DNA from: an uncultured Candidatus Saccharibacteria bacterium | GTDB lineage: Bacteria; Patescibacteriota; Dojkabacteria; J137 | DNA length: 64,000 nucleotides | Reading direction: 5' to 3' | NCBI GenBank assembly: GCA_964414295.1 | Contig: CAYPVU010000010.1 | Span: 6,937-70,936 of the forward strand | Part shown: positions 39,117 through 47,124 of the stretch, piece by piece | Numbering within the stretch: position 1 is the first letter of the stretch | Layout of the letters: the number at the start of each line of letters is the position of its first letter | Position numbers and translations under genes: made by a program | The notes under the pieces: model-generated | What the model was told of the DNA's origin: nothing | The model's database searches: none | The model's input: the letters and a program-made list of their open reading frames with translations, nothing else

Positions 39117-39551
39117 ATGAGAAAAATTATATTAATCATTTTTATTTCTTTACTAAGTTTAATTCCGGTGAGTATTAAAGCTCAATCTGCATCTGAATTC
39201 CTTCCTTGTAATCAGTACGATCCAAGTGTATTTGATGCTTGCGGTACAAATGTAAATGATCAAGTAACTAATTTAATAAAGGTTGCAATTTCTGCGGTTT
39301 TTGCTTTAATAGTATTGTACGGTATTTTCTTGATAATTAAAGCAGCACTTACTATAATAAGAAGCAATGGAGACCCAGGACAGGTGCAAAGTGGAGCAGA
39401 TATTTTAAGAGGTGTATACATTGGTATTGGAATTATTTTTGTAGGTTTGATAGGATTAATAATCGTTATTGCATTTTTTGGTGCAGAGGGTATTTTGAGT
39501 ACTAATGTTAATACACCAGGAAATACAGTAATACCATTAATTACAAATTAA
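39117..39551 (+). CDS. Pilin-like secreted protein, paralogue 4
   Basis: Signal peptide ...IKA|QS; Cys pair; helix-loop-helix core IKAALTIIRSNGDPGQVQSG...FVGLIGLIIVIAFFGAEG. Confidence 0.5.
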   Translation: MRKIILIIFISLLSLIPVSIKAQSASEFLPCNQYDPSVFDACGTNVNDQVTNLIKVAISAVFALIVLYGIFLIIKAALTIIRSNGDPGQVQSGADILRGVYIGIGIIFVGLIGLIIVIAFFGAEGILSTNVNTPGNTVIPLITN

Positions 39552-39573
39552 TTTAATTTATTAAATAAATCTT

Positions 39574-40068
39574 ATGTTTAAAAATAAGACTTTAGTAGCA
39601 GTAATGATGGGAGCTTTTCTATTGGCAGCGCCATTAGTATCTCCTTTATTAACTGCAAAAGCAGATAACTTAATCTGTACAGTTTTCCCATTTATCAATA
39701 GTGTTACAGCTTTTGGTATTAATGCATTATGTTCAGAAGGTGGAATTAGTGCAGATACAACAAGTAATACAATTAGAAGTACATTCAACTTAATTGTATC
39801 TTTAATCTTTGTTGCAATTATTATCTTCTCAATTTACGTAATAATTAAAGCAGCTATTAAATACATTAGAAGTGAAGGTGATCCAGCTAAAATTGAAGAA
39901 GCTCAAAAAGCAATTAAATCTGTATTCATTGGTATTGCAGCTTTATTTGTAGGATTAATCGGAATTATTATTGTTATTGCATTCTTTGGTGCAGGTGGAG
40001 CATTAAACTCGGATCAAAATGCAGTAAATACAAGTCCATTATTAAACTCAATCTTAAACGGAAATTAA
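39574..40068 (+). CDS. Pilin-like secreted protein, paralogue 5
   Basis: Core nearly identical to paralogue 4: IKAAIKYIRSEGDPAKIEEAQK...FVGLIGIIIVIAFFGAGG. Confidence 0.5.
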   Translation: MFKNKTLVAVMMGAFLLAAPLVSPLLTAKADNLICTVFPFINSVTAFGINALCSEGGISADTTSNTIRSTFNLIVSLIFVAIIIFSIYVIIKAAIKYIRSEGDPAKIEEAQKAIKSVFIGIAALFVGLIGIIIVIAFFGAGGALNSDQNAVNTSPLLNSILNGN

Positions 40069-40084
40069 TTAATTTTAATTTCTT

Positions 40085-40113
40085 AAAGCCCGCCTTTTGG
40101 CGGGCTTTTTTTT
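40085..40113 (+). terminator. Rho-independent hairpin within the pilin-like array (possible attenuator after paralogue 5)
   Basis: aaagcccgcc-tttt-ggcgggcttt followed by a T8 run. Confidence 0.6.
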
Positions 40114-40177
40114 ATCTTCTTGATAAGCTATTATCTTTAATCTATAGTGTATTGAGTATTAATGTTATTATCTTCTC

Positions 40178-40990
40178 ATGAATAAAAAGAAAAAATTAGT
40201 TTATTTACTTCTTTTGCTTAATCTCTTTTTTGGTCAATTTGCGGTAGTACATGCACAATTACAGACCTTTGATTTCTCCGCCAATAATCCAGAAAGCTAC
40301 CAATGTTTTAATAAAGAAACAGGAGAGATATTAGATATACCCGTTGAGCCAACTCCGGACGAATTTGGTAATTACTATTGTAATAATGGAGGAACTAGAG
40401 TTATAGCTCAATTAAAACCTCCTACACTCCAGCAATTAGAAGTTTGGTTTGTTAGAATTTTATACGCAATTTGGGGTCTTGTGGCTTCTTTATCCTTTCT
40501 ATTCTTAGTTAAGTTAGGATACGAATACACAATATCTAGAGGGGACCCTACAAAGATAACAGAAGTAAGAAAAAGAATTGTAAGTTATTTAATAGGTTTT
40601 GCTCTTGTATTTTTAGCTGTCCCAATATTAACTACAGTATTTAGATTGTTAGGCATTAATACTAATGCGCAGTGTTATAACGTTAATATGCCTGGCTTTA
40701 GATTCTTTTATGCTACATTATGTACCGACCCTAAGGGAGTGATCGCATCTAAATTTGCCTCTAATCCGTGTCAGGCATTTATTGATGGAGAAGCGCCAGA
40801 AGGTATTACTTGTAGCGGAACTCCTTATGCGGGTGGTGCACCAGTTACATGTGGTGTAGTTGGTTTAGCTTCAATTTCATTAACATGCCAAGTTCAAGAA
40901 GGAGATAGCCCAGGTGCATCAACGTGGTGTAGAACATCAACTTTATTTGGCTTTTGCTCATCATCGTGTAACCCATCGGGTTGTCCATAA
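40178..40990 (+). CDS. Pilin-like secreted protein, paralogue 6, with extended Cys-rich C-terminal domain
   Basis: Signal peptide ...VHA|QL; helix-loop ISRGDPTKITEVRK-helix; about 120-aa C-terminal tail with 12 Cys. Confidence 0.45.
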   Translation: MNKKKKLVYLLLLLNLFFGQFAVVHAQLQTFDFSANNPESYQCFNKETGEILDIPVEPTPDEFGNYYCNNGGTRVIAQLKPPTLQQLEVWFVRILYAIWGLVASLSFLFLVKLGYEYTISRGDPTKITEVRKRIVSYLIGFALVFLAVPILTTVFRLLGINTNAQCYNVNMPGFRFFYATLCTDPKGVIASKFASNPCQAFIDGEAPEGITCSGTPYAGGAPVTCGVVGLASISLTCQVQEGDSPGASTWCRTSTLFGFCSSSCNPSGCP

Positions 40991-42489
40991 TGATTCAATT
41001 TATTAGTTTAAAAAAAAATAACGTTCAAATTAATTTATTGGAAAGTTCAATAGATTTGAACACGCTTGAAGATCTTGTTAAATTACTTAATAGGGATTCT
41101 AGTATTGATATTGAATTAGCATTTAAAATTAATAAAGCTAATAGATCAGAGCAGTTTTTAATAAATAAGACTTCAATTTTAAAAGAGGGAAATGTAATAG
41201 AAGAGAATTCTTTTTTTAATCTAGTAAAAGCTGAACTAGGAATTATTTTAGATGCTAATATTCTAAAAAGTAGATTCCTAGAAGCAAGTAGTTTAAATGA
41301 TCTAGAAGCTTCTTTCAATTCTTTAAACTTAACAACTGATCCAGAGTTAGAAACTAAGATAAACTCTAAAACTCAACAACAAACAGAATTAAAAACTCAA
41401 CTTCTTAATACTTTAGATGAAGATCAAAAGAGTAAATTTACTAGATTAGAAGAGGTTACTCAGAGGATTGCATCTATTCAGGTTCAGGTAGATTTTTACC
41501 AAAATGAAAAGAAAATAAAAGAAGAACTTAATAGTAATATAAAAAAATATAAGATTGATAAAGAAAATATCAATCAAATGCTTCAATCCGTAGAGTTGTT
41601 AATAGAAAATAAAGAATCGTTAAATTTAAAACTAAAGTCCTTTGAGCAATTTAGTGATTCTTACGATAAAGTTAAGGAATTAAAAGCTCAAAAAATCAAC
41701 TATCTGAACTCTAAATTATCTATAAGACATTCACCTGGATCCTCAATTTTAGAAGACGATATTAAGGAAGCTGAAAATAAATCTAGTTCACTAAATTTAT
41801 TCTTAGTAATTCCAATTATAAATTTATTGATAACATTTGTAGTTTTTTTAGTTACTTATAATGCAGCGGTACTTTTAATCGGAATCCTTTTTACTGTATT
41901 CTTAATGATTATTTATATTGTATCTAGATTTTTTAAAGATTCATTAGAAGATGTTGAAGAATTAAATAATAAAGCATTTTCTCCCCAAGCGGATTCTAAA
42001 GAAGGTGTTGCAGAAGTAGAAGACCCAAATACTCAATTATTTATAAATAGTGCATGGGCTAAAGCAATAAAAGATGAATTAGAAGTTGTAGATGAAAATA
42101 TTACAAAAAGCTTAAATGGGAAGTCTTATGAGGCTCTAAAGCAGGATCTTACAAATTTAGATTTAAATATAGAAAAAGAAAATAATAAATTGGAAGAGTT
42201 AACTCAAAAAGCAATAACCTCAGATGAGTACTATAAAAAAAGAAGAGAAATAGATATTTTAAAAATCGAAAAAGAGAATCTGGAATATGGTTTAAAGTTA
42301 GAGCCTACCATAAATAATAAAATACAAGATTTATCAAAAGAAATAGAAAATTTAAAGCTATTAACAGAAATGGGACAGAAAACTAATGCTTTAGTGCCCG
42401 TTTTTATCAAATTTAGTGAGAATTTGCCTCAAATTGAGCAAATTAAGCAAATAATTAGTGCACAGGTAATTCTCGTAGGGTTAAATTAA
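40981..42489 (+). CDS. Coiled-coil membrane protein (central TM hairpin)
   Basis: Long heptad-rich N- and C-terminal regions flank an approximately 45-aa hydrophobic segment LFLVIPIINLLITFVVFLVTYNAAVLLIGILFTVFLMIIYIV; overlaps the upstream gene by 10 nt. Confidence 0.45.
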   Translation: MSIMIQFISLKKNNVQINLLESSIDLNTLEDLVKLLNRDSSIDIELAFKINKANRSEQFLINKTSILKEGNVIEENSFFNLVKAELGIILDANILKSRFLEASSLNDLEASFNSLNLTTDPELETKINSKTQQQTELKTQLLNTLDEDQKSKFTRLEEVTQRIASIQVQVDFYQNEKKIKEELNSNIKKYKIDKENINQMLQSVELLIENKESLNLKLKSFEQFSDSYDKVKELKAQKINYLNSKLSIRHSPGSSILEDDIKEAENKSSSLNLFLVIPIINLLITFVVFLVTYNAAVLLIGILFTVFLMIIYIVSRFFKDSLEDVEELNNKAFSPQADSKEGVAEVEDPNTQLFINSAWAKAIKDELEVVDENITKSLNGKSYEALKQDLTNLDLNIEKENNKLEELTQKAITSDEYYKKRREIDILKIEKENLEYGLKLEPTINNKIQDLSKEIENLKLLTEMGQKTNALVPVFIKFSENLPQIEQIKQIISAQVILVGLN

Positions 42490-42504
42490 AGTTATAATCT
42501 AGTT

Positions 42505-43290
42505 ATGTCTAATAATACCTCAGGTAATCAGAATAATGGAGAAAATAACGGATCTAATAATTCGTTTAGCTACCCACAGCCTGTTTATCCTGGAAGTATG
42601 GCAAACCCATTTAACGGGTATTACTATTATCCTTCTAATATGCAACAACCACAAAATAATAGAGATTACATATTAAAGATGAGAGAGCAGGAGGCTAATA
42701 AAATTGTTCCAGAAAAAAAAGGAATGCCTTGGTCTTCAATTATTTTAAAGCCTAATTTAGTATTCGAAACACAAAATCCTAACGAAAAGGTTTTTGTTTT
42801 AGTAAGGGCACATTGGTTAACTAATCTAGGATGGTTTTTAAGAAATCTTTTCTTAGCAATTCTTCCATTTATAGTATTCTCTTTACTAGAATATTTCGGA
42901 ATTCGAATTGATTTAACCTTTATAGGCAGTAAAGCTTCTACAATCTTAGGACTGCTTTATTATTCTTTTATATTTACAAGTATAGTAAGTAACTTTATTG
43001 ACTGGTATTTTGACCCATTTATAGTTACTGATATTCGTATAATGGATTATGACTATAAGCCTTATTCAAATTATAAAGTTTCCGAAGTTAACTTACAGGA
43101 TATTCAAGAAGTAAAGGAAAGATCTGCAGGTTTAATTGGAGATATCTTTAATTTTGGAAACGTTTATATCTATAGTGCCAGCGATAGAACAGAAATGATT
43201 TGTTCTAACGTGCCTTCACCTACAAAAGTTAGAGATATTATTATCGATTTATCTACCGTAGCTAAAACATATAAATATGACAATCTCTGA
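42505..43290 (+). CDS. Membrane protein with Asn/Gln-rich N-terminus, TM pair and bacterial PH-like (bPH_2/YdbS-like) C-domain (tentative)
   Basis: Two TM helices followed by a region DIRIMDYDYKPYSNYKVSEVNLQDIQEVKERSAGLIGDIFNFGNVYIY resembling bPH_2 proteins. Confidence 0.4.
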   Translation: MSNNTSGNQNNGENNGSNNSFSYPQPVYPGSMANPFNGYYYYPSNMQQPQNNRDYILKMREQEANKIVPEKKGMPWSSIILKPNLVFETQNPNEKVFVLVRAHWLTNLGWFLRNLFLAILPFIVFSLLEYFGIRIDLTFIGSKASTILGLLYYSFIFTSIVSNFIDWYFDPFIVTDIRIMDYDYKPYSNYKVSEVNLQDIQEVKERSAGLIGDIFNFGNVYIYSASDRTEMICSNVPSPTKVRDIIIDLSTVAKTYKYDNL

Positions 43291-43498
43291 ACTATTAACA
43301 CCTGAAATAATTGAGTTTATTAAAGTTATTGCAATTATTATTGGATTAGTACATTTATTAGCTGGATTTATATTAGTATTCCAGACTTTTAGAATGAATC
43401 GAATTATAAAAACCCCGAATGCTCCTATTTTTAGTATTATTGCAATTGTCTACATTGCTGTATTAATGGCTACGTTAATTTTAATCTTGAGTGCATAG
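43277..43498 (+). CDS. Small two-TM membrane protein
   Basis: 73 aa, two hydrophobic helices; overlaps the upstream gene by 14 nt. Confidence 0.35.
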   Translation: MTISELLTPEIIEFIKVIAIIIGLVHLLAGFILVFQTFRMNRIIKTPNAPIFSIIAIVYIAVLMATLILILSA

Positions 43499-43554
43499 AA
43501 TACATTTTCTTTTTTGATATACTGTTTTAAGGATAGTTAATCTTTTTAAAGTAT

Positions 43555-46053
43555 ATGCATTTAAGAGCAGATTTTATTGTAGGAACTCAAACCTCTAATT
43601 CATGGTCAGGAGTATATGGTTTTAAACCAGAAGACTCTATTGAGCCGCTAGAACTTTTTGCCATTATTAAGTTGGAATCCCTTACCAGCGAAGACAGATT
43701 AGAGGCTCTGGCTAAAATGTTTTTAGATGAACTCCAAAACTATCTATTTAACGAAGGTAAAGAGGGAAACTATATAATTAGACTAGAAAATGCTGTTTGG
43801 AAAATGAAATCCAAAATGGAGTTGCTTTTATCTTCAGATGAAAGATATTCCCAAAATGGATTAGATATAGAAATTGCTCTTACTTTATTCGATAAGAATT
43901 TTCTTTACTTAGGTGTAATAGGCGAAAGCAAGATCTTTATTAAAAGAGAGGATAAATTTGTAGAGCTTTCTCAAGGTTTATCTGATGCAAACATGATGGG
44001 CTTCTTAAAAACAGGAAGTCTAGAACTGGAAGAAGGGGATAGACTGGTTTTAGCAACCAATACAGCTGCAGAACAAGGGCTGGGAAGTATAGAGGCTTCT
44101 GTTAATAATTTAAATATTCAAGCATTGTCATCATTAACTAGTGGAAAAGGTACTGCAGTACTACTTTTAGCAGATGAAAAAGATAATTGGACAGAAAAAG
44201 AAATTATAGATGAAGAGTTTATTCCAGAAACTCCTATTAATTTAGAAACTGAAGATAATCAACATCAAGAATCTGCCAAATTTATACCTATTCAAGAAGA
44301 AGATTTTGAAGATAATACCGAATATATTGCTACAGAGTCAAACGAAGAAGAGTTAAACCTACAGCCATTAGAAGATAAAATTATTCCCGTAGAGAGGGAG
44401 GAAGTTGTTTTAAATACTAATATAACAGAATTGAATGAAAATGAATTACCAAAAGGAAAGGTCTTATTAAATTCAGTAGGGAGTAAATTATCTTCAAGTA
44501 TGAGGGTAGGGGCAAGTAAACTTACTGATTTACGCACGAGAATGAAAAGAGTTCCCCTAGAAAACGCAACTGAATTTAATAATGACATAGATAATTCAGT
44601 AGAGATTAAAGAATCAAAAGTAGGTTCAGTACTCACTAAAACTGCACCGATTCTAAATTCTATACAATCCTTTGTGCAAAACAAGTTAATGCCTTTCTTT
44701 AAAAAAAGTAATAAAACATATATTAAATATTTAAGAGATTTTGTTTTACTTGTAGTTGGATTAATTAAAAAATTCGTGGCATGGTTTAAAAAAGAATTTA
44801 TTGGTGGAGGAGTTGATGATAGAAGGAATATTTTTGAAAAAGCAAAAAAAAGAAAAAGAAATAGAATTATTTTAATTGTACTTGTAGTTATTTTGGCAAT
44901 ATTAATTGTATCAGCGATTAATAATAGAAATGCACAATTAAGGGAACAGGAAAGAATCGATACTGCTAGATCAAATGTAGATCAATATAAATCTGAACTA
45001 GACAATTTAGTAAGACAAGCAAATAGTAATCTTAATGATACTCAGAAAAATACTGTAATAGATCAGTTAGATAAACTAAACACTAGTTTAGAAACACAAA
45101 AAAGACAGGATTTATTTATAGATGAAATTGCAAATTATCAAACAACCATTACCAAAACAAAAGATAAAGTTTTAGGTGTTGTTGGCTTTACGGACCCACA
45201 AATGGTTGCAGATATTGGGAAAATCTATTCAGATGCAAATTTAATAGATATGGTTTATACGGATGGTAATTTATATGTGGGAGATAAGGCAAGAAATGCA
45301 ATATATCAAGTAGGAACAAATATAAATTCTCAGGTATCTCAATTTGCAACTGGTTTAAATGCCCCATATACAATGACAGTAAATGCGGCAGGAGACATTA
45401 TTTTCTTTGATTCAGATAGTACAAGTGCTGTAGGTAGAATATTTGTGGGGGAAAATGGCAGAATTGAAAGATATCCTGGATTAGCTCCTGCAGTTATTGG
45501 CACTGTTACTAAATCAGCAGTTTTTAGTGGTAATGATGCCTTATATGAATTACATCAAAATCATCAGCAGATATATAAAAGAGAAAAAGCAGGTGAAGAT
45601 TATACTAGTGGAGGAGCAGTATATAACACACAAAATCCACCAAACTGGAAAACAGACCCAGAGTTGGGAAGTGCAATAGATATAGATATCCCTTACGAGA
45701 TTTATGTTTTGATAAGAGGTAAAGGATTAAGAAGATATTTAGCTGGGGAAGCAAATACAATCTCTAAAGAAACCTTTGTAAATACTTCTCAAAAAGATAT
45801 TGACTCATTAGCATCTGCCACTGCATTTGACATAGATGGTAAACTATTGGCAGTTGCTGATCCAACAAACAGAAGAGTACTTTTATTCAGAATTGAAGAT
45901 AATGATGCTAAAACTTTGGCATACGAGAAATCTTATGTATATAGAGGTAATGACTCTACAACCTTTAAAAATATTAAAGAAATAGTTGTGAATGAATCAA
46001 GTAAGTATATCTTTGTATTGGATGGCACAGGAATAATAAGATTAGATATTTAA
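43555..46053 (+). CDS. Large bitopic membrane protein with cytoplasmic N-domain and C-terminal beta-propeller/NHL-like repeat region
   Basis: TM NRIILIVLVVILAILIVSAI near residue 440. C-terminal repeats (DGNLYVGDKARNAIYQV; GDIIFFDSDSTSAVGRIFV; LAVADPTNRRVLLF) suggest a beta-propeller. Confidence 0.45.
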   Translation: MHLRADFIVGTQTSNSWSGVYGFKPEDSIEPLELFAIIKLESLTSEDRLEALAKMFLDELQNYLFNEGKEGNYIIRLENAVWKMKSKMELLLSSDERYSQNGLDIEIALTLFDKNFLYLGVIGESKIFIKREDKFVELSQGLSDANMMGFLKTGSLELEEGDRLVLATNTAAEQGLGSIEASVNNLNIQALSSLTSGKGTAVLLLADEKDNWTEKEIIDEEFIPETPINLETEDNQHQESAKFIPIQEEDFEDNTEYIATESNEEELNLQPLEDKIIPVEREEVVLNTNITELNENELPKGKVLLNSVGSKLSSSMRVGASKLTDLRTRMKRVPLENATEFNNDIDNSVEIKESKVGSVLTKTAPILNSIQSFVQNKLMPFFKKSNKTYIKYLRDFVLLVVGLIKKFVAWFKKEFIGGGVDDRRNIFEKAKKRKRNRIILIVLVVILAILIVSAINNRNAQLREQERIDTARSNVDQYKSELDNLVRQANSNLNDTQKNTVIDQLDKLNTSLETQKRQDLFIDEIANYQTTITKTKDKVLGVVGFTDPQMVADIGKIYSDANLIDMVYTDGNLYVGDKARNAIYQVGTNINSQVSQFATGLNAPYTMTVNAAGDIIFFDSDSTSAVGRIFVGENGRIERYPGLAPAVIGTVTKSAVFSGNDALYELHQNHQQIYKREKAGEDYTSGGAVYNTQNPPNWKTDPELGSAIDIDIPYEIYVLIRGKGLRRYLAGEANTISKETFVNTSQKDIDSLASATAFDIDGKLLAVADPTNRRVLLFRIEDNDAKTLAYEKSYVYRGNDSTTFKNIKEIVVNESSKYIFVLDGTGIIRLDI

Positions 46054-46055
46054 AC

Positions 46056-46511
46056 ATGAAAGTCCTAGCCAGTAATAAAAAGGCCTATTTTGATTTTGAT
46101 ATACTTGAAAATATTGTAGCAGGTATTAGTCTAGTTGGATGGGAAGTAAAATCAATTAAAGCAGGCAAAATAAGTTTAAATGGTGCTTACATTAAAGTAT
46201 TAAATGGAGAGATGTACTTAGAGAATGCAGTTGTGCCTTCGCTTAAATACACTCCTAACGTTTCTCAGCATCAAGAAAGCAGAAAAAGGAAGTTGTTGCT
46301 TACTAAAAGACAAATCTCTGTATTAACTGCAAATGCTAAACAACCCGGAAATACAATTGTCCCCTTAGAAGTAGTAGAAAATGATTCCGGATTAATAAAA
46401 GTAAATGTAGCATTAGTAAAGGGTAGAAAAAAGTTTGATAAAAGAGAGAAGTTAAAAGAAAAAGATATTCAGAAACGAATTAATTTTGAAAGAAAAAAGT
46501 ATAATATTTAA
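46056..46511 (+). CDS. smpB: SsrA-binding protein SmpB
   Basis: VAGISLVGWEVKSIKAGKISLNGAYI...RKRKLLLTKRQI, the SmpB signature; 151 aa. Confidence 0.85.
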   Translation: MKVLASNKKAYFDFDILENIVAGISLVGWEVKSIKAGKISLNGAYIKVLNGEMYLENAVVPSLKYTPNVSQHQESRKRKLLLTKRQISVLTANAKQPGNTIVPLEVVENDSGLIKVNVALVKGRKKFDKREKLKEKDIQKRINFERKKYNI

Positions 46512-46513
46512 AT

Positions 46514-47065
46514 ATGAGCAACTCCAATCAGACTTTAAAACAAAATAATGAAGAAAATTTAAAATTAGTAGAAAGATTTGGATTTAAATTTTTTGGATAT
46601 GATGAGAATTCTTTTACTCTTGTAGTTGCTCCAAATGGTCAAATAGTACCCTTGAATGTGGCGTATGAGTTTGTACAAACTCAAATTGCTAATTCTCAAA
46701 CATTTTCTGGAGGCGGAATGGAAGGAATGCCAAATATGCCAACTATGCCCACACTCCCCGAAGCTAAAGTTGAATCAAAGGTTGAGTCAGCTATAGAAAA
46801 TAGGATAGAGAAAAAACAAGAGAGTACAAATGATAATAATCAAACCCAGCAAACAGTATCTGCAACTCCTAAACAGGAGCCTGCTAAAAAAACTGAATTA
46901 GAATCTCCTTATGGAGATGGATTTAAAACTCCTATTAATCCTGCTTATATCGAAAAGGCTTTAGACTATATAAAAAGAAATAGCAAAAAATCATTAAGCT
47001 CTACTTCTAAATGGCTTTCTGTTCAATTTGAGAAATTTATTTCCGAACAGAATTCTGGCAAATAA
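46514..47065 (+). CDS. Hypothetical protein (Met/Pro-rich linker)
   Basis: No signal peptide or TM helix; no recognisable motif. Confidence 0.35.
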   Translation: MSNSNQTLKQNNEENLKLVERFGFKFFGYDENSFTLVVAPNGQIVPLNVAYEFVQTQIANSQTFSGGGMEGMPNMPTMPTLPEAKVESKVESAIENRIEKKQESTNDNNQTQQTVSATPKQEPAKKTELESPYGDGFKTPINPAYIEKALDYIKRNSKKSLSSTSKWLSVQFEKFISEQNSGK

Positions 47066-47124
47066 TTCTTACTTAACTGCAGAGGGAAAATAATCTATAA
47101 TAAAGCGAATTATATATTTAATAA

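Noticed and set aside
37560-40990. Interpreting the small secreted proteins as type IV (prepilin-peptidase-processed) pilins or Flp pilins
   Set aside because: None has a short basic leader followed by G|F/M-x-x-x-E, or the Flp G|xxxxEY motif. All have long Sec-type signal peptides with AxA-like sites.
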